This document shows, in pieces, positions 1 through 9,834 of a DNA stretch of 64,000 bases. Under the pieces are notes generated by a model. The model had not been told where the DNA came from and made no database searches. It saw nothing but the letters and a program-made list of their open reading frames with translations. Within the stretch, counting starts at the first letter, position 1; each line of letters starts with the position of its first letter. A program made the translations under genes and the position numbers. The DNA is from Syntrophorhabdaceae bacterium (GTDB lineage: Bacteria; Desulfobacterota; Syntrophorhabdia; Syntrophorhabdales; Syntrophorhabdaceae): contig CAXXUO010000001.1 in assembly GCA_963666485.2 (NCBI GenBank), positions 704,001-768,000 of the forward strand. The letters are read 5' to 3'.

Positions 1-70
1 GGAATTGCGACACCGTCTCTTCGCGGGAAGACAACAGGGAAATCCCTTTACGCCTTACGCCTTACGATCT

Positions 71-1417
71 TTAAATGACCGTCTCTTCCCCCGTTCTCGA
101 CTCGAATATCCGGTAGTCGTCGTGTACGCGGTCCTGGAGGTAGATGTGATCACCGTTTCTCTTTTTCTTCAGCGCGTCGTACTCGGCGAGGGCGCGCGAT
201 ACGCAGTCCGGGCAGCAGGCGGCGGGTATCGCGATGCAGTCAACGGAGTAGTTACGGCCGCTCTTGTGCGCACAGCCGGATGATATGCGGCGGAATCCGC
301 AGCAGGTAGGGCACATCCGCAAGTCAAGCCTCTGCTCTTCCTGCAGATATTCCGTATCGTAAAAGATGCTCCGCGACATGCCCCAGAATTCACGGCCCTC
401 TTTCCGGTTCTTTTCTACCACCGCAGGCCCGCCGCGAAAGGCGGTTAGCTGGTGGTCGACGAGGGATTTGATATATGTCCAGTTTTTCGGGGATTCCTTG
501 AACCGTGAGGGGTCATAGTCCGGCTCCTTGAGGTTCGAGAAATCTATTCCGGCCATGGCCATGATGATCCCCATGTTGACATAGGGCAACGCGGTCTCTA
601 TGGAGTAGCCGCCTTCGAGCACGGCAATATCGGGCTTGAGCTTCTGGTTGAGGACCGCGTAGCCCTGCGCGGTGAAGCTCATGTTTGCGAGCGGGTCACT
701 GTAATGGTTGTCCTGTCCGGCGGAGTTTATGATGATCTCCGGCTTGAACTCGTCAAGTATCGGCAGGACCAGGTTGTCTATTATGTAATGAATGCCCTCA
801 TCCGTGGTCCTGGGCGCCATCGGTATGTTGATCGTCGTCCCGTACGCGAGCGGGCCTCCGAGCTCGTCGACAAATCCTGATCCCGGGTAGAGCGTCCGGC
901 CGTCCTGGTGGAACGAAATGAAGAGAACGTCGGGATCGTGCCAGAATATCTCCTGCGTCCCGTCCCCGTGGTGCACGTCCGTGTCCACGATGGCGAGACG
1001 CTTGACGCCGTACGTGCGGCGCAGGTACTCGACCATGACCGCTTCGTTGTTTATGTCGCAAAACCCCCGGTTTCCGTGAACGACCGTCATGGCATGATGT
1101 CCCGGCGGACGAATGATGGCGAAGGCATTCTTGATCTCTTTTTTCATGTACGCATCGGCCATAACGAGGGCGCAGCCCGCCGACACCATGTGCGCGGTCG
1201 TGACGCGGCTTTCGATGTCGGGAACGCAGAAATGGATGCGCGACACGTCTTTGGGCGTCGCGAGCCGGGGATGGTACTCCGTTATTTCCGGCATGTCCAT
1301 GATGCCTTCCTCGAAAAGCTGGTCGCGCGTATAGAGGAGCCTCTCTTCCCTTTCGGGGTGCGTCGGACTAATGGCCCAGTCAAAGGCGGGGAAAAATATC
1401 AGACCTGTCGTTTTCAA
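71..1417 (-). CDS. Zn-dependent histone deacetylase/AcuC-family deacylase with Cys-rich C-terminal extension
   Basis: RPPGHHA, GFC, DTDVHHGDGTQ, SAGQD and LEGGY motifs; C-terminal CPTC...CCPDC. Confidence 0.9.
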   Translation of the reverse strand: MKTTGLIFFPAFDWAISPTHPEREERLLYTRDQLFEEGIMDMPEITEYHPRLATPKDVSRIHFCVPDIESRVTTAHMVSAGCALVMADAYMKKEIKNAFAIIRPPGHHAMTVVHGNRGFCDINNEAVMVEYLRRTYGVKRLAIVDTDVHHGDGTQEIFWHDPDVLFISFHQDGRTLYPGSGFVDELGGPLAYGTTINIPMAPRTTDEGIHYIIDNLVLPILDEFKPEIIINSAGQDNHYSDPLANMSFTAQGYAVLNQKLKPDIAVLEGGYSIETALPYVNMGIIMAMAGIDFSNLKEPDYDPSRFKESPKNWTYIKSLVDHQLTAFRGGPAVVEKNRKEGREFWGMSRSIFYDTEYLQEEQRLDLRMCPTCCGFRRISSGCAHKSGRNYSVDCIAIPAACCPDCVSRALAEYDALKKKRNGDHIYLQDRVHDDYRIFESRTGEETVI

Positions 1418-3111
1418 TTCTCCACCCCCTTGAATTCATGGATAAACCCGGGAGATATCTGGATCCCTACATCAAACAGCTTCCCTTCCTGCTCCCAGCC
1501 CCGGATCACGTTGAACTGCTCCTCGCTGTATATCTGGGCATCGTCTGCGTAATCGCTGAGGCCGCGGTCTTCGCATACCTGTTTAAGACAGCCGAGCGCC
1601 AACTCCCTGGCATCCTTGAGCTGGTAGTTGCGCTTGTTCACCTTTCCGCTTAAGCCCCCCGGCGAACCAGAATATGTTTCCCGCCCCGTATCGATATGGA
1701 CCTCGACGGCAAGCGTCGGCCGCGCAACCGCTGCGCCGAGGGCATTGGCCACGGGCGACAGGCGGTGGAGAAAATGCGGGACCTTCATGCGTTCGGCAAG
1801 CATCGGCACGATGGCCGGTGCGGCCGCGCCGATCCCGATCACCTGGTGCAGGTGGAACTCCCTTTTATGAACGACCTCCCACACCTTGTACGCCGGTTCG
1901 TCCTCCCACTGTCTGAACATGTCCTCGATGCTCTGTTCAAGCCTCCGGGCGACCTCATCGGCGACGGTGCGGCAAAGTGTATCGATCGGCATTTTCAAAG
2001 CATCGGCCACGGGGCTTAACGCCGCGTGCGAGGCTTGCGGATTCCCGAGGCCCAGGCTGCTTATGATATTGAAGGCATCGGTCACTGTCGGGGCCTCGCC
2101 GCCAAGACAGGCTGCGGGGCCGAGCCTCATCGGGCCTATTTCGAGTTGTCCATCCTTCACATGCACCGTGCTGTCCCCGCCGAGAGGTATGGAGCTTACG
2201 GCGAACGAGTTGACATGTGTCAGGTGCCCGGCGATAAGCGCCCCGCGCGAGGCATAAAGCGGCTGCCCCTCGATAAGAAGGCTTATGTCGGATGTTGTCC
2301 CGCCGATGTCTATCGAAACGGCGTTGAGCTCTTCACGGCTCAATGCCAGTGTTCCCATCGTGCTTGCCGCGGGGCCGGAAAAAACGGTTTCGCAGGGACG
2401 CTTGCGGCTTGCCGCGAGCGTCGTCGTCCCGCCGTCCGCCTTCAATATGTGAAGCTCGCAATGCGGCACGCGCGCCATGATCGCGGCCTCCATATCGTCT
2501 GCAAAGAGGTTCCACTGGCGGATGGTCATCGCCGTGTAATAACACGTCACGGCGCGCCGGGGAAAATTGAGCCGTCCCGAGATCTCGTTGCTCGTGCAGA
2601 CGTCCATGTGGGGATAGAGGGATTCGGCCATGTTTTTCAGGGCCTTCTCGTGTGCGTCGTTGCGGTTCGAGAACTTTCCCGCGATCGCGACCCGTTCGAT
2701 CCCGGACGCGTGGATCTTTTTTAACGCGTCCTCCATTTCTTTGGGATCGGGCGCCTCTATCTGCCTGCCCCTGAAATCGATCCAACCCTTGAGAAAGTAC
2801 GTGTCAGGACTGATGTCATATGCCGATTCGGGCAGGCCTTTCCCCGGCAGGAGAATGAGGGCTGTTCGCTCCCCCCTCCCGGTGGCGAGCAGGTTCGTCA
2901 CGAGGGTCGTGCTGAGCACTATTCTCCTGATATCCTTTGCCTGCCTGTGTGCAAGGAGGTCGTCGAGAATGAGAAGCAAGGTCGCTTCGAGATCATCCTC
3001 GTCCGTCCTGTGCTTCACGCTGTGCACGACCGATCCTTCACTGAAGAGGACCCCGTCTGTATATGTCCCGCCAACGTCTATTCCGATCAACGCGTCATTC
3101 ATGGATTCCAC
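1414..3111 (-). CDS. Hydantoinase/oxoprolinase family protein (HyuA-like)
   Basis: GIDVGGTYTD, SGPAAS, DIGGTTSD, PTVTDA and ANALGAA motifs; 4-bp overlap with the deacetylase gene. Confidence 0.88.
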   Translation of the reverse strand: MESMNDALIGIDVGGTYTDGVLFSEGSVVHSVKHRTDEDDLEATLLLILDDLLAHRQAKDIRRIVLSTTLVTNLLATGRGERTALILLPGKGLPESAYDISPDTYFLKGWIDFRGRQIEAPDPKEMEDALKKIHASGIERVAIAGKFSNRNDAHEKALKNMAESLYPHMDVCTSNEISGRLNFPRRAVTCYYTAMTIRQWNLFADDMEAAIMARVPHCELHILKADGGTTTLAASRKRPCETVFSGPAASTMGTLALSREELNAVSIDIGGTTSDISLLIEGQPLYASRGALIAGHLTHVNSFAVSSIPLGGDSTVHVKDGQLEIGPMRLGPAACLGGEAPTVTDAFNIISSLGLGNPQASHAALSPVADALKMPIDTLCRTVADEVARRLEQSIEDMFRQWEDEPAYKVWEVVHKREFHLHQVIGIGAAAPAIVPMLAERMKVPHFLHRLSPVANALGAAVARPTLAVEVHIDTGRETYSGSPGGLSGKVNKRNYQLKDARELALGCLKQVCEDRGLSDYADDAQIYSEEQFNVIRGWEQEGKLFDVGIQISPGFIHEFKGVEN

Positions 3112-3121
3112 CCGTCCTCGC

Positions 3122-4036
3122 TCATTCGAACTCTTCGTATTCTTCCGTCGAATAGAAGAGGTGCATATCTTTTATCATTTTTTCATCGATACTATCACTC
3201 AATATTAGCTCCTCGGCCCGCCTCCTGAATGATATCGCGTTCTTTTCGAGGTCTTTGAGCCTTTGGGGAAGCCCGTGTTCGTCGAGTATCGACTTCACGG
3301 CCCCGAACAGGTCTTCGCTTCCCCCGAGGAGCCGCCCTTCGTCAAGGATCTTGATCGCGACCATGCTCGGAAAGGTGTCGAAAGCGCACTGCTCCCTTAT
3401 CCTTCCCATCTTCTTGATCTTGTAATCGACCTCTTCGTTGATCCCGGGATCTTTCAGCATCCTGTACTTCCTGGCATAGACTATAGCGTCGAGCCTCTCT
3501 ATTTCATTGTCCGGAAAATCATCCGGCACGACGATAACGAGATCGATGTCCGAGCCCCTGACGAGCTTTCCCGTGCTGTGCTCGGGCCTCGGCACGTCGT
3601 GGGCCATGTTGTAGACGATGTCGCCCGCGATGATGAAACAGAGTGCGTCGTCGAAGCGATGCCCGGGGTCAAACTCCCCGATGATCTCCCCGGCCATCTG
3701 ACGGGAAAGGTCAAACTTTCGCCTGCTTATATCATGGATGCGATCAAGGAGCGTGCGGCACTTCTCATCCGCGGCAGCCTCTGCGCCCTGTGCAAACACA
3801 ACCGAATAGGTGAGGAATTCCCGTAGGATCGAAGGGGAAAGGCGGGCATATCCGTCGACGTGGCGATCGAGCCTCATATACCGTGAGCCGACCGGCCGGA
3901 CATGAAGCCCGGAGGACATAAGGCACGTTTTCCAGATGTCAAGCGGGTCGGCGTCTGTCTCCCGTACGATCTCGGACCCCATCGACGGTCCGCGGGCACG
4001 CACGAAGCCGACTATTTCATTTTCGATACCGGGCAT
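3122..4036 (-). CDS. Hypothetical protein with Pol-beta-type nucleotidyltransferase motif
   Basis: IAGD...GSDIDLVIV and a later VDY; start trimmed to ATG at 4036 so it does not overlap glmM. Confidence 0.6.
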   Translation of the reverse strand: MPGIENEIVGFVRARGPSMGSEIVRETDADPLDIWKTCLMSSGLHVRPVGSRYMRLDRHVDGYARLSPSILREFLTYSVVFAQGAEAAADEKCRTLLDRIHDISRRKFDLSRQMAGEIIGEFDPGHRFDDALCFIIAGDIVYNMAHDVPRPEHSTGKLVRGSDIDLVIVVPDDFPDNEIERLDAIVYARKYRMLKDPGINEEVDYKIKKMGRIREQCAFDTFPSMVAIKILDEGRLLGGSEDLFGAVKSILDEHGLPQRLKDLEKNAISFRRRAEELILSDSIDEKMIKDMHLFYSTEEYEEFE

Positions 4037-4067
4037 TCTTCTTTGGTATTCCCCAGCCTGTTTGCTT

Positions 4068-5423
4068 CTACGAACCGAGGATAGTTTGTATGACCCCGGC
4101 GATCTCGGCGCAATGGCTCTCGGTGACCTCGTTTGTCGGGCCTTCGACCATGACCCGGCACATGTTCTGCGTACCGGAATAACGGACGAGAACGCGGCCG
4201 TCTTCGCCAAGCTCGCTCTCGATGCGCTCGATGACCGCCATCACGTCCGGCAGGGTCTTGATGTCGGGTTTTCGCCTGACATTCACGTTTATCAATTTCT
4301 GGGGATATATGTCCATGAGGTCGGCGAGCTCCGACAGGCGCTTGCCGGACCTGACCATGCAGGCGACGAGCTGCAGTGCCGTTATTATCCCGTCCCCCGT
4401 CGTGTGGTGGTCGAGGAATATCATGTGGCCCGACTCCTCACCCCCGATGACCCCGCCAAGCCGCAGCATGTCCTCGAGCACGTACCGGTCTCCGACCTTT
4501 GCCGCGTGATACGCATAACCATGTTTTGAGCACGCGACGCGAAGGCCGAGATTGCTCATGACCGTGCCGACAACCATATTGTTCTTCAGTCTGCCCCCGT
4601 CGGCCAGCATTTTCGCGCAGATGAAGAGGATCCGGTCCCCTGTTATCTCCCTGCCTTTTTCGTCAATGGCGATAAGCCGGTCCCCGTCGCCGTCGAAGGC
4701 GAGCCCGATCGACGCGCCCGTTGCAAGCACCTTTTCTTTCAGGTCCTGCGTATGCTGTGAGCCGCATCTGTCGTTTATGTTGATGCCGTTCGGGTTGTTG
4801 TGGATAACGTCGATATCGGCGCCGAGTTCCCAGAACGTCTCGGGGGCGACCTTGTACGTGGCGCCGTTCGAGGCGTCTATGACTATCTTCATGCCCTCGA
4901 TCGAAAGGTCCCGCGGGAAGCTGTTCTTGAGAAAGACAATATAGCGGCCGTGCACGTCGTCGAGGCGGAACGCCTGTCCCATGTCGTGAACGGGCGGTAC
5001 GAGCTTGTGCAGGGTATTGCTCATCATCAGTTCCTCGATCGCTTCTTCCTGCTCGTCGGACAGCTTGAACCCGTTGCCGGAGAAGATCTTGATCCCGTTG
5101 TCCTGGTACGGGTTGTGCGATGCGGAGATGACGATGCCCGCGTCCGCCCGCATGCTGTGAGCGATAAAGGCGATACCCGGCGTCGGGAGGACGCCGAGCA
5201 TGTACGGGTTCCCGCCCATGGACGTGATGCCCGACTCGAGGGCGCCTTCAAGCATATAGCCTGAAATGCGCGTATCTTTCCCGATCACCACCCTCGGGCG
5301 ATCGTGTGTTTTTTTGAGGATATAGACCATCGCCTGCCCGATCGCGAAGGCGATCTCGGCATTCATGGGATAGCGGTTGGCCTCGCCGCGCACCCCGTCC
5401 GTTCCAAAAAGTTTTCCCATCAT
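4068..5423 (-). CDS. glmM: Phosphoglucosamine mutase
   Basis: LFGTDGVRG, ISASHNP, FDGDGDR, GGEESGH and VRYSGT motifs. Confidence 0.95.
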   Translation of the reverse strand: MMGKLFGTDGVRGEANRYPMNAEIAFAIGQAMVYILKKTHDRPRVVIGKDTRISGYMLEGALESGITSMGGNPYMLGVLPTPGIAFIAHSMRADAGIVISASHNPYQDNGIKIFSGNGFKLSDEQEEAIEELMMSNTLHKLVPPVHDMGQAFRLDDVHGRYIVFLKNSFPRDLSIEGMKIVIDASNGATYKVAPETFWELGADIDVIHNNPNGININDRCGSQHTQDLKEKVLATGASIGLAFDGDGDRLIAIDEKGREITGDRILFICAKMLADGGRLKNNMVVGTVMSNLGLRVACSKHGYAYHAAKVGDRYVLEDMLRLGGVIGGEESGHMIFLDHHTTGDGIITALQLVACMVRSGKRLSELADLMDIYPQKLINVNVRRKPDIKTLPDVMAVIERIESELGEDGRVLVRYSGTQNMCRVMVEGPTNEVTESHCAEIAGVIQTILGS

Positions 5424-5501
5424 TCAACCCCGTTTATCTTCTATGGTATCCCTATTATACCAAAAACGGCAGCGTTCATGCCACCTTCGTACGGCGGGCG
5501 C

Positions 5502-6731
5502 CTATCTGAAAATAGCGAGCGACGGCGTGATGGCGCGTACCCTTGCGCAATACTCATCGACGATGCCTTGCAGCCAGTTTGTCCCGGCATCGCATGCCGC
5601 TTTATCGAGGCCCTTGATCGCCGCTACATAGGGAAGTGTCTTATGTGTTGTGCCCGAAAAGAGGGACAGGAAGGCATCGCGGCTGGCATTAATGGCGCCG
5701 TCATCAAGCCCCGAGCTGAAAAGGGACCGTATCCCGGCGAATCTCTCGTAGAACTCCTGCTTCCCGGCCGATCTTTTTGCCGAAGATGCGACGGCCTTTT
5801 CGGCGAGCATCTCGAGGCGCTTTAAGCGCTCATCCCGGGCAAGCCCGATTTTTTCGATGAGCCCGGAATAGATGAGATCACCGAACTCCCCGCGTTCGAG
5901 AAACGGGCGCCTCACGTGGCTGTACCATTCTTCGAGTGCCTTCAGGTTCGCGATATACACGATATTGTTCTCGACGATCCGGCTTATATTCGGATAGTCG
6001 TGCCGCTTGATGTCCATGACCATTGCCGTGTGCGTTTTCCCGATGATGAGCTTGTTCTCGGCGAGGTAATCGTTCCTGATCACCGAATTTGCCGAGACCA
6101 CGTTCCCGTACCCCATCCGGACAGGGCCCACCATGCCTCCCTGGCCGCCGAGAAATATCGCAGGCTGGTTGAGCATGACGCCGCGGGGGACATCCCCGAT
6201 CAGTGACGGCGTGGTCTTGTCGCCGTCCGGCGTGAAATTGAAATGGATATACGAGCTGCCTACCTCGCTGTGGTCCTTCCTGCTCGTCCCGCCCGCCATC
6301 AGGCAGTCGCAGAAATTTATGAGGCTCCCGAGTGTAACAAAAGGGAACAGTATCGTCTGCTTGATCCCGACGCAATGCGCGCCGCTCGCTTCCTCCTCGA
6401 GTATGCACCCTTCCCGCACATGCGCGCCCAAGCCCATCGATGACTTCTCGAGGAATACGGACCCGCTGAAGAATCCCCCTTTGAGCTCCACGGCGCGGCC
6501 GAGCTGGCAATTATCTATGGTTGCGGGACCCTCGTACCCTATCTGAGCACCCGACGATATGACCGTGTTCGCGCCGTATATCCTCGAGCCCGGATAGATC
6601 CTGACGCCGTCGCCCGATATGCGATCGATATCGACCTCATCACCGATATCGATCGTGAGCGGGCTCGTCATGACGACGCCTTTCTCGATCAACTGCACAA
6701 TTTTATCGTAACATCGAGGCTGAAGGTCCAT
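5502..6731 (-). CDS. GlmU-like left-handed beta-helix acetyltransferase lacking the uridyltransferase domain
   Basis: Starts with LIEKGV and hexapeptide repeats resembling the GlmU C-terminal half; directly upstream of glmM. Confidence 0.7.
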   Translation of the reverse strand: MDLQPRCYDKIVQLIEKGVVMTSPLTIDIGDEVDIDRISGDGVRIYPGSRIYGANTVISSGAQIGYEGPATIDNCQLGRAVELKGGFFSGSVFLEKSSMGLGAHVREGCILEEEASGAHCVGIKQTILFPFVTLGSLINFCDCLMAGGTSRKDHSEVGSSYIHFNFTPDGDKTTPSLIGDVPRGVMLNQPAIFLGGQGGMVGPVRMGYGNVVSANSVIRNDYLAENKLIIGKTHTAMVMDIKRHDYPNISRIVENNIVYIANLKALEEWYSHVRRPFLERGEFGDLIYSGLIEKIGLARDERLKRLEMLAEKAVASSAKRSAGKQEFYERFAGIRSLFSSGLDDGAINASRDAFLSLFSGTTHKTLPYVAAIKGLDKAACDAGTNWLQGIVDEYCARVRAITPSLAIFR

Positions 6732-6997
6732 TCTCGATCACCTCCGGGTCTTGACGATGGGTCGGATTGCGGGACATCGGGTCACAATCAGGTAAACCTG
6801 ATGAAAATAATAACCGTAATCTCGCACCTTTGCAATATAATACAATCGCCGCCCGCATAGCCTTTGTGGTACAATTACACGGTTTCTGACATGTTAATAT
6901 CCTTCGCGAAATGTAAACGGCTTACGGCGTACGGCGTACGGCGTACGGTCTGCGGTTCACTCCTTGCTCCTTGCTCCTTGCTCCTTACGGTCTTCTA

Positions 6998-8224
6998 ATG
7001 TTCCTCGCCGACCTCCACACACATTCCCACTATTCCATCGCGACGAGCCGGGACATGACACCGGAAATGATTGCGCGGTGGGCGCAGCTCAAAGGGATCA
7101 CCGTGGTCGGGACGGGGGACGCGATACACCCCGGGTGGCTTAAGGAACTCGGCCGGAAGCTCGACTTTACCGGCAAGGGACTTTTTACCCTTCGTGAAGA
7201 ATTGCGGGATAATACCCCGGTCCCCCCGTCATGCGCGTCCGATACATATTTCATACTGACTGCCGAGATAAGCTGCATCTATTCGAAGCACGGCAAGACG
7301 CGCAAGGTCCATTGCATGGTCTTCTTTGATGACATGGAAGGCCCTTTGCGGCTCCAGAAGAGGCTCGCAAAGATCGGCAACATAGCATCCGACGGAAGGC
7401 CCATCCTCGGTATGGACGCCCGGCACTTACTCAAAATGGTAACCGAGGAATGTCCCGGCGCCCTCTTTGTCCCGGCACACGTCTGGACCCCCCATTTTTC
7501 CGTTTTGGGCTCCGCGTCAGGCTTCAATTCGCTGGAAGAATGCTTCGAAGACCTCACCGGCCACATCCACGCCGTCGAGACAGGGCTCTCCTCCGACCCG
7601 CCGATGAACTGGCGCGTATCGTCTCTTGACCGGCTGACCCTTATCTCAAACTCGGACGCGCACTCGCCGGAAAAACTGGGCAGGGAGGCCAATATTTTCG
7701 ATACCGCGGTCTCGTTCAGGGCCATGGCGCAGGCGATCGCCACGAGGGAGGGTTTCGGGGGAACGATAGAATTCTTCCCCGAGGAAGGAAAGTACCATTA
7801 TGACGGACACAGGCCCTGCAAGATCAGGATGTCCCCCGAAGAGACCAAGGGAAGAGGCAGTGACCGCTGTCCCGTCTGCGGCAAAAAGATGACGCTCGGC
7901 GTCCTGGGCCGGGTACTCGAACTTGCCGACCGGGGTCAGGATGAAAGGCCCGGGAATGCAAAACCCTACCATTCGCTTGTCGCCCTGAAGACCATAATTG
8001 CACAGACCCTCGGGATGGGCGTAGGGACGAAGAAGGTCGGCAAGATCTATTTTGACCTTCTCGAGAAACTGGGAAACGAATTAAACATCCTCCTTAACGT
8101 CCCGGTGGCGACTGTCTCCGACGCCGGCTACCCGGACACAGCCGACGCGATCGCCCGGATCCGAACCGGCGATATATCCATAGAACCCGGGTATGATGGA
8201 GTATACGGTAAAATACGGTTCTAA
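6998..8224 (+). CDS. Endonuclease Q family PHP-domain protein with zinc ribbon
   Basis: ADLHTHSHYS, PAHVWTP, ETGLSSD, SNSDAHS, GKYHYDGHRPC, CPVCG and PGYDGVYG motifs. Confidence 0.85.
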   Translation: MFLADLHTHSHYSIATSRDMTPEMIARWAQLKGITVVGTGDAIHPGWLKELGRKLDFTGKGLFTLREELRDNTPVPPSCASDTYFILTAEISCIYSKHGKTRKVHCMVFFDDMEGPLRLQKRLAKIGNIASDGRPILGMDARHLLKMVTEECPGALFVPAHVWTPHFSVLGSASGFNSLEECFEDLTGHIHAVETGLSSDPPMNWRVSSLDRLTLISNSDAHSPEKLGREANIFDTAVSFRAMAQAIATREGFGGTIEFFPEEGKYHYDGHRPCKIRMSPEETKGRGSDRCPVCGKKMTLGVLGRVLELADRGQDERPGNAKPYHSLVALKTIIAQTLGMGVGTKKVGKIYFDLLEKLGNELNILLNVPVATVSDAGYPDTADAIARIRTGDISIEPGYDGVYGKIRF

Positions 8225-8231
8225 CAAAACC

Positions 8232-8428
8232 CGCCGTCATTCCCGCAAAGCGGGAATCCAGTGTCTTTCCCGTTGGTTTTTTGCCTAATCCCGAAACGTG
8301 CGTGCTCCTTGTGGCGGTAGATCGGCCGCTGGCAACCTTGTACATAAGAAGGTATAAAAGATAAAAGACAAAGACGCTGGATTCCCGCTGGGCGGGAATG
8401 ACGAAATGTGGGCGGGAATGACGGCGGG
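8232..8428. repeat. Inverted pair of REP-like palindromes (GTCATTCCCGC..GCGGGAATCCA / TGGATTCCCGC..GCGGGAATGAC)
   Basis: Seen directly; related copies at 10073-10230, 20820-21027, 37983-38105 and 38826-38852. Confidence 0.85.
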
Positions 8429-8470
8429 TGAATGTAGAACCCGGAACGTTATTTATGTTACGATACGGCG

Positions 8471-8878
8471 ATGCACGATCCCGATTATCTGCCTGTTGCG
8501 GCTGCGGTCATTGAAAAGGACGGCCGGGTCCTGATCGCCCGCAGAAAACGCGCGTACATGGGATATTACTGGGAGTTCCCCGGGGGAAAGCTCATGGACA
8601 ATGAAACTCTCGAGGAATGCCTGAAACGCGCAATTCTTGAGCAGCTGGGGATAACGATCTCCGTGGGCGACCTCATTTCATCGCGAAAGCACGCGATAAA
8701 CTGCCAGGCCGCAGTCCTTCTCTACGCATATCGTTCTGCCTGGGTATCGGGCAACGTCACCCTCACTGACCACGACGAGATAGCGTGGGTCAAGCCTGAA
8801 GACCTGACCAAATACACCTTCCCCGACCCGGACCAGCAGATAGTCCGCGAATTGCTAAAGAACGGTTCTACGTTCTAG
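8471..8878 (+). CDS. MutT-like NUDIX protein with degenerate Nudix box
   Basis: WEFPGGK...E...RAILEQLG; overall MutT/NudG layout. Confidence 0.8.
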   Translation: MHDPDYLPVAAAVIEKDGRVLIARRKRAYMGYYWEFPGGKLMDNETLEECLKRAILEQLGITISVGDLISSRKHAINCQAAVLLYAYRSAWVSGNVTLTDHDEIAWVKPEDLTKYTFPDPDQQIVRELLKNGSTF

Positions 8879-8954
8879 GTTCTACGTTCTACGTTGAAAA
8901 AAACGAGAGTTTTCTTGTCTTTAACGTAGAACGTAGAACGTAGAACGTAGAACG
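8864..8954. repeat. Inverted heptamer tandem arrays (GTTCTAC)n / (GTAGAAC)n
   Basis: About 4 units on each side of an AT-rich spacer; overlaps the NUDIX stop codon. Confidence 0.85.
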
Positions 8955-9003
8955 ATTTTTATAACCGCTTGCCTAAGCACCTGATTTTTTATACAATTGA
9001 ACC

Positions 9004-9825
9004 GTGCAAAAAGTCCCTACCCGCCTGAAGCTCTTTCTCACCGTCTTTTTCATCGTCATGGTTTTCGGGACGGTGGGCTTCATGTACATCGAAAAGAAAT
9101 CGCTTATCGATTCACTCTATTTTGTCATTGTCACAATGGCGACGGTCGGGTATGGTGACGTCACACCTGCGACCGGCCCCGGCAAGGGCCTCGCCATTGC
9201 GATCATCGTCCTGGGTGTCAGTACGTTTCTCGGTGTTATTGCCGAGGTTACCGAAATGATGCTCGCAAAGCGGGAAGAGGAAAGCCGGATGCAGAAGCTC
9301 AACATGGTGATCGGCGTATTCTTCAGCGAGGTCGGTATAGAACTTATGCGCATATTTTCCCGGTATGATCCCGAGTTCGACTCCATCCGGCCCGGACTTA
9401 TCGTGACCGCCAACTGGACCGAAAAGGATTTTCAAAAGGCGATCAGGGACGCGGGGACACATGATTACGGGGCGAAGATCGAACATGTCGATTTCCCTGT
9501 GCTGAAAGCTTTCCTCATGCAACGCCGCGATTTTCTCGTGCGCCTCCTCGAGAACCCCGTGCTCCTTGAACACCAGTCCTTCACCGACCTCTTGCGGGCA
9601 GTCTTCCATCTTACCGAAGAACTCGCCTATCGCCAGGATTTCGAGAACATCCCGTGGGCGGACAGCAATCATCTCGCGGGGGATATCAAGCGGGCGTATC
9701 ACTACATTGTCGGGGAATGGCTCGTATACATGCAGTTCTTGAAGTCCAACTACCCCTTCCTTTATTCGCTTGCGCTGCGGACGAACCCGTTCAATAAAGA
9801 AGCGTCGGTAACCATCAAGACATAA
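9004..9825 (+). CDS. 2-TM potassium channel with uncharacterised C-terminal domain
   Basis: Selectivity filter TMATVGYGD between two hydrophobic helices. Confidence 0.9.
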   Translation: MQKVPTRLKLFLTVFFIVMVFGTVGFMYIEKKSLIDSLYFVIVTMATVGYGDVTPATGPGKGLAIAIIVLGVSTFLGVIAEVTEMMLAKREEESRMQKLNMVIGVFFSEVGIELMRIFSRYDPEFDSIRPGLIVTANWTEKDFQKAIRDAGTHDYGAKIEHVDFPVLKAFLMQRRDFLVRLLENPVLLEHQSFTDLLRAVFHLTEELAYRQDFENIPWADSNHLAGDIKRAYHYIVGEWLVYMQFLKSNYPFLYSLALRTNPFNKEASVTIKT

Positions 9826-9834
9826 GATCGAGAC

